Assembly: GCA_037439545.1 (NCBI GenBank) | Contig: JBBIVV010000004.1 | Location: 1-64,000 of the forward strand | DNA length: 64,000 nucleotides | From: a bacterium | GTDB taxonomy: Bacteria > JAMCPX01 | Direction of reading: 5' to 3' | Shown: positions 41,000 through 50,531 of the stretch, piece after piece | Layout of the letters: every line of letters starts with the position of its first letter | Numbering within the stretch: the stretch's first letter is position 1 | The notes under the pieces: model-generated | Databases searched by the model: none | What the model saw: only the letters and a program-made list of their open reading frames with translations | What the model was told of the DNA's origin: nothing | Made by a program: the position numbers and the translations under genes

Positions 41000-42711
41000 C
41001 CGGTGACTTTTTTGATGCACTGAGGGCCGGCATTGAAAGAATTGCTGCATGGTCGGATCTTTTGGATAGTATCAATGTGTTCCCCATTGCAGACGGAGAT
41101 ACAGGACGCAACCTGCTCATCAGCCTCTTACCCTTAAAATCATCTCTACGCGATCGCTCTTGTCTCATTGAAAAGCTTTTTCTTTCTGCCAGAGGCAATT
41201 CCGGCAATATTGCCGCGCATTTTTTTTCCGGATTCCTGTCTTCCGGGGACATTGCACGGCTTCCGGAAGCCGTCAGGGCAGGCAGAAGGCTTGCGTGGCA
41301 GGCTGTTGCCGATCCGCAGCCGGGAACCATGCTCAGTGTGTTTGACGAGCTGGAGATCTCCCTCGGTGAATCTTCTCTGGACGATCGCGGAGCATGGGTT
41401 TCCGGTGTAGTGAAGAGATTGGAAAAATCCGTACTGGAAACGACACGGACACTGCCGGTATTAAAGAGCACGGATGTCGTTGATTCAGGGGCACTGGGCA
41501 TGTTTATGTTCTTCGATGCCTTTCTGAATGCCCTGTACACAAGAGCTCCCCAATGTGCGCCGCTCACTGCTGTATTCAGGGATCATCTTGCCCTCAAAGG
41601 ACCCTGGACAGGCACCGGGGAATCCGGCGTCTGTATCGATGCGGTCGTGAAATTAAAAAACGGCAGAAAAGGACCGCTCGGGGATCTGTCGCGGCTCGGA
41701 GAAAGTGTGGTTGCCCATGAACTTGGAGGACAGGTTAAGATACATTTTCATACAAAAGACCAGTCTGCTGTCAGGGAGGAACTGTCCCGTATGGGCAGCA
41801 TCGTCCAGTGGGTATCCGATGATCTGGGGGTCCAGACCAGGACATTTTCCCCGGAACCCGTCCATCAGGCGATCCATGTCGTAACGGACGCTGCAGGCAG
41901 TCTCACGCGCGACGATGCCAGACAGCTCCATATAACTCTTTTGGACAGCTATATTGCCGTGGGCACGACTGATGCTCCGGAGACCCATGTCCGGGGTTCT
42001 GAAATGTACCGTGCCATGAACAAGGGTATTAAGGTGACCACGTCCCAGGCATCCGTACTCGAGCGTCATCAGCATTACGAAAAAATATTGAGCCTGTACA
42101 ATACGGCTCTCTACATATGCGTGGGCTCTGTTTTTACAGGGAACTACCGCACGGTCATGGATTGGAAGAAAGGTCATGACCCGGAAGACCGTCTCAAAGT
42201 CATCGACACAGGGGCTGCTTCAGGAAAACTGGGCCTCATTGCTCTCGCAACGGCACGGTATGCCCGGAGTGCTCCAACCGGGAAAGATGTCGTGGATTTT
42301 GCCGTGCGTTCCGTAGCCGCTTGTGAGGAGTACATCTTTTTAGACACGCTGCATTTCCTCGCTGCAGGCGGGCGGCTGTCAAAAACCAGCGCACTATTCG
42401 GAGACATGCTGCGAATGAAACCCGTGGTCAGCCCCTTTGCAGAGGGCGCAAAAAAAGTGGCAGTGGTGCGGAATAAAAAAGAACAGGCCGCTTTTGCTTT
42501 GGAAAAACTCGAAAAGGCCTTTCATGCCGGGGACCGTCCGCTTATTATGCTGGAATATACGGACAACGAAGAATGGATAAAGAACGACATCACTGCTTTG
42601 ATAAGCAGCAGGTTCCCGCATGCAGAGATAATCATACAGGCTTTTTCCCTTACTTCGGGCGCACATATGGGCCCCGGAACATGGGGCATTGCCTTCCTCC
42701 CCGCTCTCTGA
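40996..42711 (+). CDS. DAK2-DegV fusion (fatty acid kinase FakA/FakB-like)
   Basis: NVFPIADGDTG, ARGNSG, GTMLSV, VVDSGA; DegV part TTSQAS, IDTG, GGRLSK, GAHMGPG. Confidence 0.88.
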   Translation: MTGDFFDALRAGIERIAAWSDLLDSINVFPIADGDTGRNLLISLLPLKSSLRDRSCLIEKLFLSARGNSGNIAAHFFSGFLSSGDIARLPEAVRAGRRLAWQAVADPQPGTMLSVFDELEISLGESSLDDRGAWVSGVVKRLEKSVLETTRTLPVLKSTDVVDSGALGMFMFFDAFLNALYTRAPQCAPLTAVFRDHLALKGPWTGTGESGVCIDAVVKLKNGRKGPLGDLSRLGESVVAHELGGQVKIHFHTKDQSAVREELSRMGSIVQWVSDDLGVQTRTFSPEPVHQAIHVVTDAAGSLTRDDARQLHITLLDSYIAVGTTDAPETHVRGSEMYRAMNKGIKVTTSQASVLERHQHYEKILSLYNTALYICVGSVFTGNYRTVMDWKKGHDPEDRLKVIDTGAASGKLGLIALATARYARSAPTGKDVVDFAVRSVAACEEYIFLDTLHFLAAGGRLSKTSALFGDMLRMKPVVSPFAEGAKKVAVVRNKKEQAAFALEKLEKAFHAGDRPLIMLEYTDNEEWIKNDITALISSRFPHAEIIIQAFSLTSGAHMGPGTWGIAFLPAL

Positions 42712-42740
42712 TAGAGAAATGAGTTGTCCCACAGCGTAGC

Positions 42741-42861
42741 CACGAGCCTGCGTATGGCATCAAAAACAATCCTGAACTGAAACATAAAATCGGAAGGAAA
42801 CCTTTTTAGATTCCTTTTGACCGCCTGATTTAATATTCGGCACCTGTGCATTTGATTTCAT
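42741..42861 (-). pseudogene. Collapsed ORF6N-domain gene remnant
   Basis: LNQAVKRNLKRFPSDFMFQ joined directly to the C-terminal FRIVFDAIRRL; GGAGG+ATG at 42861 is out of frame. Confidence 0.7.
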
Positions 42862-43098
42862 GAAACCTCCGGTACATCAACCTAACAACTCTATATCTAT
42901 ATATATCGTATTGTGTCAATAAAGCCTTGAGCTTCCGGTAATCGAGGTCGCATTACAGCAAATGTTGATTGTGTTTTTAAAGCACTAAAAGTTTATTATA
43001 TGGGTCAGATTATCATGCGTGATAATCCGAAGCGAATTGAAAATGAAGTTTCAAAAAAGCTTTAAGTGAAATAACACTCATGATATAATGTTGAATAT

Positions 43099-43905
43099 AT
43101 GAGCACAACAACCCCTTCCTGCAGAATACCGCTGTGGCACGTGGTCGTACGGGGCCTGAAAGGCCTGTACATGTTTCTCATGTTTATCGTGTTCGGCGGT
43201 GCAATACTCTTCGGTCATTTGTTCACGCCGTTCCTGCTTTTTCGCGACAGGCTCGCCGGACATGACCGGCAGTATAACCAGAGGTTCTACAGGGGGTTTG
43301 TTGTGTTATGGCTCTGGTTCATGGAAAAGGGAAGACTGCTGAAGGCCCTCCCCTATAAAGGTGAAATCATGGACGGGCCATGTGTGGTGATAGCAAATCA
43401 CCCGGGCCTCTTCGATATTCTCATTTTGATCCGCGATGTTCCGAAGATGTCACTCATTGCAAAACAGTCCCTCAGGACAGGCCTCGGAATGGGTCATCTG
43501 TTCAGACTTGCAGGGTGGGTCTTTGCCTCAGGCAAATCGGATACTTCTATGGTACTTGATACCTCGAACAAGGCGCTGGAACAATTGAGGGACGGCTATA
43601 AGTTTATGCTTTTCCCGGAAGGCACACGGTCTCCCAAGGGTGGACTACACCGCTTCAAGGCCGGTGCTTTCAAGCTCGCACGGGCCGGACACGTGCCTGT
43701 CCAGCCTGTATTGATCTGGAACACGCCGCCGTTCCTGCCGCATGAAGATCACTGGTACTATCCGCCCTATGAAACATCGATCGTCCGGCTCGAGTTTTTG
43801 AAACCACTTCCCCTGCCCGGGGAAAAGGAGGAACGAAGAATAGCTATAGAGACGGAAAACCTGTTCCGCACCGCACTGGGCATGAATCGTACGGCTGAAG
43901 CGTAG
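43099..43905 (+). CDS. Lysophospholipid acyltransferase (PlsC/ApeD-like)
   Basis: NHPGLFD (HxxxxD), FPEGTRS, FKAGAF. Confidence 0.9.
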   Translation: MSTTTPSCRIPLWHVVVRGLKGLYMFLMFIVFGGAILFGHLFTPFLLFRDRLAGHDRQYNQRFYRGFVVLWLWFMEKGRLLKALPYKGEIMDGPCVVIANHPGLFDILILIRDVPKMSLIAKQSLRTGLGMGHLFRLAGWVFASGKSDTSMVLDTSNKALEQLRDGYKFMLFPEGTRSPKGGLHRFKAGAFKLARAGHVPVQPVLIWNTPPFLPHEDHWYYPPYETSIVRLEFLKPLPLPGEKEERRIAIETENLFRTALGMNRTAEA

Positions 43906-43939
43906 AGGAATAAGCGTTGCGGAAATTGCGTTATAAGCA

Positions 43940-43968
43940 TTGACATAAAAACATTTATTATCTAAAAA
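43940..43968 (+). promoter_or_regulatory. Possible sigma70 promoter for the downstream ketosynthase
   Basis: TTGACA-17 nt-TAAAAA. Confidence 0.4.
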
Positions 43969-44001
43969 TCTAAGAAAGACTAATGCAAAAGGAAGAAGAA
44001 A

Positions 44002-45234
44002 ATGTCTGAAGGACGAAGGGTTGTAGTTACCGGCATCGGGTTCCGCTCTCCCATAGGAAACACGTTGAAAGCCATGAAGGAATCTCTGCAAAGCGGACGC
44101 GGCGGCATCAGAGTAATGCCGGAATGGAACAATGTCGATCATCTGCGCACCAGAGTTGCGGGTGTGTGCGGTGACGTTGACGATAAAGTGATCCCGCGCA
44201 ACTACAGGCGGAGCATGGGCAGGGTTTCTGTCCTTGCCGCCATAGCAGCCTTGGAAGCGATTGCCGACTCGGGCATCAGCGAGCAAGAGATCGGTTCGCC
44301 TCTATGCGGGGTCTCATTCGGATCGACTGCCGGCAGTTCCGAATCCATGGAAGGCTTCGTTAAGGACGTTTTTACCAGTCGAAGCCTCAAGGGATTGCAA
44401 TCATCCGTATACCTGCAGTTCATGAGTCATACCTGTGCTGCAAATCTCGCAATGATGTTTCATACCAAAGGGCCTGTCGTTGCCTCGTGCACGGCATGCG
44501 TGTCCGGGTCGCAGGGAGTGGGCTTCGGATACGAGGCGATAAAAGCAGGCCGTGCCGATATAATGCTTGCAGGCGGTGCAGAGGAAATGCACTTTATGGA
44601 TGCGGGGATTTTCGATATTATGAGAGCAACTTCGACGAAATATAATGATCGCCCTGACTCCACGCCCCGTCCCTTTGATGTCGACCGGGACGGACTGGTG
44701 GTCGGAGAGGGAGCAGGATGTCTTGTTCTCGAGGAATATGATCACGCGAGATTCAGGGGAGCACGCATCTACAGTGAAGTCGTCGGTTACGGGACGAACT
44801 GCGACGGCTCTCATCTGACAAATCCGAGCGCCGAGGGAATGGCGGGAGCCATGAAGATCGCATTGAAAGATGCGGGCATGTCTGCGTCTGACATTGGTCA
44901 TGTCAACGCACACGCCACGGCAACATCTGCCGGAGATACGGCTGAGGCAGCCGCCACCCACGAGATATTCGGGACATCGGTGCAGGTTAGCGCGCTCAAA
45001 GGTTTCACCGGACATACGCTCGGGGCATGCGGGGCGATTGAATCCATAGAAACCATTTTGATGATCAATGAGCATTTTATAGCTGCGTCAAAAAATCTTG
45101 AAACCCCTGATCCTGCACTGCCTCCACTGAACCATGTGATAGGTGGTGCACGGGACTTTTCCTTCGATATAGGGATGAACAATAATTTTGCATTCGGAGG
45201 GATTAACACATCCCTTATATTCCGCAGGGTATGA
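44002..45234 (+). CDS. Beta-ketoacyl-ACP synthase (FabB/ApeR-like)
   Basis: RSMGRVS, MSHTCAAN, TACVSGSQ, NAHATAT, GHTLGACG, NNFAFGG. Confidence 0.92.
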   Translation: MSEGRRVVVTGIGFRSPIGNTLKAMKESLQSGRGGIRVMPEWNNVDHLRTRVAGVCGDVDDKVIPRNYRRSMGRVSVLAAIAALEAIADSGISEQEIGSPLCGVSFGSTAGSSESMEGFVKDVFTSRSLKGLQSSVYLQFMSHTCAANLAMMFHTKGPVVASCTACVSGSQGVGFGYEAIKAGRADIMLAGGAEEMHFMDAGIFDIMRATSTKYNDRPDSTPRPFDVDRDGLVVGEGAGCLVLEEYDHARFRGARIYSEVVGYGTNCDGSHLTNPSAEGMAGAMKIALKDAGMSASDIGHVNAHATATSAGDTAEAAATHEIFGTSVQVSALKGFTGHTLGACGAIESIETILMINEHFIAASKNLETPDPALPPLNHVIGGARDFSFDIGMNNNFAFGGINTSLIFRRV

Positions 45235-45253
45235 TAGTGCCGCAGACGGAAAC

Positions 45254-45631
45254 ATGGCGATACTGCACACAATAGCTACCTATGTCAGTCATACGGCATA
45301 CGGCCGTGCGGCAGTTGAATCGAAGGCTGATTTGAGTCTTTTCAAAAAGCCGCCTTCTTTCCCCTTTATCCTCGGTCTTATCCTCCTGGGTTTGAGCTAC
45401 GTGATCGGATGGCCCGGTGTCGTGGTCAGCGGAATCGCTGCAGCGTATCTGAAAAATCCGTTGATTTTCGTCATTGGAGGACCTGCGATATATGCCGTCT
45501 CTTTTCTGGTATGGGCTGTTTCCATGCTGCTTATGGGGAAAGATAATATCAAGTATGCACGTGCATTTACAAAATACGGGGTGCGGATCCTCATCGAAAG
45601 GTTTGCTCCGCCGCCCTCACCGGGTAAATAA
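45254..45631 (+). CDS. Hypothetical membrane protein
   Basis: Two to three TM segments (SYVIGWP, GGPAIY); directly after the ketosynthase. Confidence 0.6.
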   Translation: MAILHTIATYVSHTAYGRAAVESKADLSLFKKPPSFPFILGLILLGLSYVIGWPGVVVSGIAAAYLKNPLIFVIGGPAIYAVSFLVWAVSMLLMGKDNIKYARAFTKYGVRILIERFAPPPSPGK

Positions 45632-46282
45632 CCCGTCTGTGCGATTCAGTGGTTCTCCTTCGAGAAGTTCCAGAGACAGCGAATATCCGGTCCCTGCATA
45701 AGACTCCAGGTGCATACGTTTATATAACCCTTCGACGAGCGGAGGAAATAGTGACACCTTGCGCAATATCTTATGATCCGGACCGTATTCCCGGATGATT
45801 GTTATTCCTGAAGCCCCGGAGTTTTTTTCAAATACATTTCCACTGCTTGTCCATCTGCACATGAGGGAGCCGTCTTCGTGTACCTTTGCATCCGTGAGGT
45901 CCCCCTGGCCGGGAAAAAACATGAACTCAATATCGCTGAACAGTCCGCGGGTAAACTCTCCGGACAAAAATTGCTGCATGGTGCGATAGATGGTTATAGA
46001 CCCTTTATCGCTTACAGCGTCTAAGAGGACCAGTCCTTCGACACTGAGTAAGGTAGCGCGAATTCGGTCACCGGATGCATCGACTATGGTCACGCCTATG
46101 AAGGAACTGCTCTTTCCCCGAACATCGACGTCGATAATATGGACAGCCCGGAAGATACCCGGAGAGATCGCGGCAAAGCATTTTTTCTGAAGATAAGGAT
46201 TGATCACCACTGCGGGCTTCGGGGGCACCGGGATGCTGCATGATAATCCGGTCAAAGCGAAAATCAGAAGAAGAAGCTTCAT
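45617..46282 (-). CDS. Lipoprotein (DUF3261/ApeN-like)
   Basis: Lipobox GLSC; EGLVLLD...DIEFMFF pattern; overlaps the LolA-like gene as in aryl polyene clusters. Confidence 0.6.
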   Translation of the reverse strand: MKLLLLIFALTGLSCSIPVPPKPAVVINPYLQKKCFAAISPGIFRAVHIIDVDVRGKSSSFIGVTIVDASGDRIRATLLSVEGLVLLDAVSDKGSITIYRTMQQFLSGEFTRGLFSDIEFMFFPGQGDLTDAKVHEDGSLMCRWTSSGNVFEKNSGASGITIIREYGPDHKILRKVSLFPPLVEGLYKRMHLESYAGTGYSLSLELLEGEPLNRTDGLFTR

Positions 46283-46896
46283 TTTACATCTTCGAACGTT
46301 GTGTCCGATATCTTCGCATTTAAAGCTATGTGCGAAAACTCAAGTACGGTGGATGAACCCTGGGGTTCGAGTATTTCAATAGTGGAAATGACCCCTGATG
46401 TGCCGGACAGCGTCAGGGTGATACGCCTGATGAAGTTTTTTAAATAATCCTTGTTCGGAATAAGTATTATCCGCCGTGGTTTCCCGGGTATCAGTTTCGG
46501 AACAAATGCGCTGTTGTCATGGAAATTCCCCCTGAGCCATGAAGCAATCTGCTCCATCACTATACGCGTTGCCTGCAATTGAGGGCCGGAATCCTTTATA
46601 AAATGATCCTTTGTCCAGACATACTGTGTAACCTTGTCCCCATGGACGAGAAGAACGTTTTTAACCGGATATATATACTCCCACCGGACATCTCCGGGGG
46701 CACGAAAGTAAAAACGGCCGTCACTGACCAGCGGTCTTGCGAGGATTTTAAGGTTTTTTTTCTGGGTAAAATGCGCTGAGATAGAGTGGACACCGGACAT
46801 GTCCTGCCGGATGCTCTCCCAATTCTCTGTCCATCCCGCCCTTGCAAGGACCGGCATCATAAGTATCATCGCAAAGGTGAGAATGCTTCGTCTCAT
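46279..46896 (-). CDS. LolA-family lipoprotein carrier (ApeL-like)
   Basis: Signal peptide; AHFTQKK..L.RPLVS.G.FYF..P..VRWEY..P. Confidence 0.85.
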   Translation of the reverse strand: MRRSILTFAMILMMPVLARAGWTENWESIRQDMSGVHSISAHFTQKKNLKILARPLVSDGRFYFRAPGDVRWEYIYPVKNVLLVHGDKVTQYVWTKDHFIKDSGPQLQATRIVMEQIASWLRGNFHDNSAFVPKLIPGKPRRIILIPNKDYLKNFIRRITLTLSGTSGVISTIEILEPQGSSTVLEFSHIALNAKISDTTFEDVK

Positions 46897-46956
46897 ATTT
46901 AATCGAAAAAGTTCCTCCATAGGGTTCACATGATCCTTCAAAACACCTTCGTTTTT

Positions 46957-47092
46957 AAATCCTAAATCCGAACATCCATATCCTAAATAAACCAAAAATC
47001 TTAGAAGTAAATGACCAAAATAAATTAACAATTTATTTTGGATTTTTGTCGTTTGATATTGTTTAGTGATTAGGATTTTGAGTTTGGGGTTT
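46957..47092. repeat. Imperfect inverted element built from AAATCC(T/G)-type heptamers
   Basis: Left arm AAATCCTAAATCCGAA...CCAAAAATC, right arm GATTTTTG...TTAGGATTTTGAGTTTGGGGTTT. Confidence 0.5.
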
Positions 47093-47106
47093 GATTGCAT
47101 AAACTG

Positions 47107-47838
47107 CTATACCATGCCGCCGTTTACCGAGATTACCTGTCCCGTGACATATGATGCATCATCCGAGCACAGGAACCGCACGACCTTTGCGACTTCCCCT
47201 GGGGTGCCGACCCGTTCCATGGGAATGAGCTTGAGTATAATGTCGCGCGGAGCATCTTTGATCATCTCTGTTTCTATCAGCCCCGGAGCCACAACATTCA
47301 CCCTGATACCGAGGCGGGCAACTTCCTTGGAAAGGGCCTTGCTTGCACCGATCAATCCGGCCTTGGCTGCGGAATAGTTCGTCTGGCCGCGGTTCCCGGT
47401 TATCCCTGACACAGAGGATATGGTAATAATGGAACAGCCCTTCTTCACACGCAGCATGCTGGTAAGGACCGGCTTTGTCACATTAAAGAACCCGTCCAGG
47501 GATGTCTGGATCACGGATTGCCAGTCTTTCTGGGGCATCATCGCTAAAAGCCCGTCTGAGGAAATACCCGCATTATTGACCAGGACATGGATTGCCTTGT
47601 ATTTGTTCAGGAGGCCGGCTATGGCAGTTTTGGCTGTCTCGGCATTTCCCACATCGAATTGTATAACCTCTCCCTCACCTCCGGCATCGTTCACCAGACG
47701 AAGTGTCTCCTGTGCCGCTGCCCCGTTGCTCTTATAATTTATTATTATGGTATACCCTGCACGTGCAAGCTCCACGCACGTTGCACGGCCAATTCCCCTG
47801 CTCCCGCCGGTAACCAATGCTATTTTTTTGTCTTCCAT
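47107..47838 (-). CDS. fabG: 3-oxoacyl-ACP reductase
   Basis: TGGSRGIG, NNAG, GQTNYSAAKAG, VAPGLIET. Confidence 0.9.
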   Translation of the reverse strand: MEDKKIALVTGGSRGIGRATCVELARAGYTIIINYKSNGAAAQETLRLVNDAGGEGEVIQFDVGNAETAKTAIAGLLNKYKAIHVLVNNAGISSDGLLAMMPQKDWQSVIQTSLDGFFNVTKPVLTSMLRVKKGCSIITISSVSGITGNRGQTNYSAAKAGLIGASKALSKEVARLGIRVNVVAPGLIETEMIKDAPRDIILKLIPMERVGTPGEVAKVVRFLCSDDASYVTGQVISVNGGMV

Positions 47839-48010
47839 GATTCGTAAAAATGTATACTACCATGGGTATAAATGCAAGAGGATGCAGAGAGACTGGGTCT
47901 TTACCGGATGCATTTGGAAAAGAGGTGATTTTGCCCTATTACTTATCATCTCACACGTATTTGGCAGGGATTGCGTTAATCACCATCGTGATGTATACTC
48001 TAAAACCGTG

Positions 48011-49060
48011 ATGAGATATTTATATCTTTTGGCAATTCCGGTATTTCTTTTGACCGGGTTATTCTCGGCGGGATGCTCGAACAGCAGTTCGATGTCCGGA
48101 CGGACCCAGGGTGTTTATGCTGAATTTGGAAATTTCAATGATTTTTCTTCCGCAATCCCCCTCTTAAAGCAAACCGGTACGCAGCTCCTGCTTGCGGTTT
48201 ATCCTTCTGATATCGGTTCTTCACAGCTTCTGAGCATTCTCAACGAGGCATCCGCAAACGGAGTTCAGGTACGTTTGTGGCCAATGCTTGATCAGAGCAA
48301 CGGGGTTTGGCCTGATGAGGATAACGTAGACCTGTTTTCCCAGGAGATAAACAGTCTCGTTTCGTGGCTCGGCGACAACAGGGTAACCCCGGGATGGCTC
48401 ATCTTCGATATGGAACCTCCGTATGCCCTGACCATGAGTATGACAACTGCCGCACAGTCCGGCGGCGTATCATCCGTGATCAGCCTGCTGTTAAGTTATA
48501 TAAGTCCTTCGGCATACAGCTATGCGTTTCAGCATTTCAGCGACGTAGTCCAGTCCGCGCATCAAAAGGGCTGGAAGGTTGAATGTGTCACCTACCCGCT
48601 GGTCCTCGACGACCTCGCTGCCGGTAAACAGAATATACAGATGCTGTTCCATATTCCTGTAACCGGCCTGCCGTGGGATCAGGTTTCCTTCATGGTATAT
48701 CAGAGCTCTTTTAAAGCCCTCCTCGGTAAATATTATGGGCCGGCGATCGTTGCGAGTTATAGTAAGGATGCGTACAAGTTTTACGAAAACAATGCGGTTG
48801 TAGCATTGGGTGTAATAGGGACTGATCCCATCAGCGGCGCACAGGGCTATACTGATACCACAGGTCTCTTTAACGACATCGCAGCAGCACTCGGGAAAGG
48901 TATCGTGCATGTCGAGATTTATTCACTCGGAGAGATTCTTGCCCAACCGTCGCCCCGGACATGGCTTGAGACATCGGGCATAAAGCCTTCGGAACCCGCG
49001 CTCAGCTCCGATGTTCAGTCAATAAGAACTCTCATACAGAACCTTGATAGAGGCTTGTAG
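48011..49060 (+). CDS. Hypothetical lipoprotein
   Basis: Lipobox FSAGC after a hydrophobic signal; long ORF. Confidence 0.65.
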   Translation: MRYLYLLAIPVFLLTGLFSAGCSNSSSMSGRTQGVYAEFGNFNDFSSAIPLLKQTGTQLLLAVYPSDIGSSQLLSILNEASANGVQVRLWPMLDQSNGVWPDEDNVDLFSQEINSLVSWLGDNRVTPGWLIFDMEPPYALTMSMTTAAQSGGVSSVISLLLSYISPSAYSYAFQHFSDVVQSAHQKGWKVECVTYPLVLDDLAAGKQNIQMLFHIPVTGLPWDQVSFMVYQSSFKALLGKYYGPAIVASYSKDAYKFYENNAVVALGVIGTDPISGAQGYTDTTGLFNDIAAALGKGIVHVEIYSLGEILAQPSPRTWLETSGIKPSEPALSSDVQSIRTLIQNLDRGL

Positions 49061-49135
49061 AAAAAACCGGGCGTTGAAAAATTGCCGGGATTGCAGCGAG
49101 CATGTGTTCTCGGGCACTGCGGAAATTTTCTCCGG

Positions 49136-49996
49136 TCAGTCTTCTAAAGGAAGTACAGGACTTATTGATTGTCTGTAGGTTCGCAGGACTTGATGTGACG
49201 GCAGCTCTGTTTTTTTTACAGGCAGTTCTTCGGAGATACTCACGTTGCCCGGTTTATTTTTTGTCACCATCTCGATCAATCTTGCCAGAGACGCCCTGGC
49301 ACTGTCATACGGTACAGGTCGATTTATAATGTTTTTGTTGAACTGCAGTATTATCTCGTTGAGCAATTGCTGCAAAACAGCAGGGGAATAATTTTCAGGC
49401 AAAGACGGAGACCGACCCGCTCTGACAGTACTCATCTTGCCTGTAGTTATCATGACCGGATTCAAAGCACCCTGCTTGATGTTTTGCAGATTGACACTGC
49501 CGTTTATGACATATACCGCTGTTTTCTGACCGTCGGATGCATCGATTACGAAATCAGTACCTCTGATTCCTATTATTGCCGTGACCGTGTGTATGTCATA
49601 GGTGTTCAGTATATTTGATATCTTTGATATAAGAAATCTTGCCTTGCCCCTGACCATAGACAGCAGAACACTCCGTTTGGAGGGAGTTGAAACATAGCGA
49701 TCTATATTGATACGGGCATTCGGTCCTATACTTATGACCGAGTTATCTACAAAAAGTATCCTCATTTTCCCGGTGTTGCCGGTTGTGATTGCATCGTCTC
49801 CGTAGACCGGGGCGCCTGTTTCAGGCTCAACAGATGCGCCTTGTCTTACTATAGAGGCATTGCCGGCTATTGCCGCGATATTGCCTGCGGGTACAGGTTG
49901 TGCGAAAGCGCGTACAGGAATAACGACTGATAAGAATAACGTGCCGAGTATACTTGCCATAGATGATGTCATCTTCATACTCATGCCCGTAATCAT
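49136..49996 (-). CDS. FecR-domain protein
   Basis: D.ITTG..G...I.F.D.S, TVTAIIGIRGTDF, V..G.V; start uncertain. Confidence 0.8.
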   Translation of the reverse strand: MITGMSMKMTSSMASILGTLFLSVVIPVRAFAQPVPAGNIAAIAGNASIVRQGASVEPETGAPVYGDDAITTGNTGKMRILFVDNSVISIGPNARINIDRYVSTPSKRSVLLSMVRGKARFLISKISNILNTYDIHTVTAIIGIRGTDFVIDASDGQKTAVYVINGSVNLQNIKQGALNPVMITTGKMSTVRAGRSPSLPENYSPAVLQQLLNEIILQFNKNIINRPVPYDSARASLARLIEMVTKNKPGNVSISEELPVKKTELPSHQVLRTYRQSISPVLPLED

Positions 49997-50116
49997 ATCC
50001 TGCCGGTTTTATGCTGTCAACAGGACGGGAGTTTCTGCGTGACCCCTCTGTCCCTTTTTTCCAATAATAGTTCAGAAACATCTGGTATTTTTATGGGTTA
50101 ATGCTATTACTATTAC

Positions 50117-50527
50117 ATGACCGAACAGGAGCTGTGGAAAAATATTGTGCATGATCCTTCTGACGAGAAGCAACATCAGGCATATGCAAATGCCTGTGTG
50201 GATCACGACCTCGAGAAAGAGGCTTTACAGCGTTACAAACAGATGCAGAACGCCTATCCGGCAATATCGGCTAAATTCACAAAACAATTGACTACAGCAG
50301 TCGAGTTTAAACTGATGCCCGCATCTCCTGAGGCAGACATAAGCCAGGGCAACAGTCTTTTGGGACGCTTGAAAGGGTTTGTACATTCTATCTTGCTGAC
50401 AGGCGTATCTTCTTTGGCATACGGAATAATTAAAAAATCGCTCTTAGAAATATTGATAGGCGTGGTTTTAATTGCGGCATATATGAGTTACATGGTAAAC
50501 AAGCAAAACCGGATAAACAGAAATTAG
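50117..50527 (+). CDS. Hypothetical membrane protein
   Basis: 136 aa ORF with two C-terminal TM segments. Confidence 0.55.
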   Translation: MTEQELWKNIVHDPSDEKQHQAYANACVDHDLEKEALQRYKQMQNAYPAISAKFTKQLTTAVEFKLMPASPEADISQGNSLLGRLKGFVHSILLTGVSSLAYGIIKKSLLEILIGVVLIAAYMSYMVNKQNRINRN

Positions 50528-50531
50528 CATG

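Noticed and set aside
46897..47100. N-terminal extension of the LolA ORF
   Set aside because: Runs through the heptamer repeat; the signal peptide begins at 46896
24052..47838. Calling the cluster a ladderane pathway outright
   Set aside because: Only the enzyme classes overlap, ladderane genes are themselves unproven, and there are no anammox markers here
47747..48010. N-terminal extension of the 437 aa ORF
   Set aside because: Overlaps the fabG start antisense; the lipoprotein signal begins at 48011
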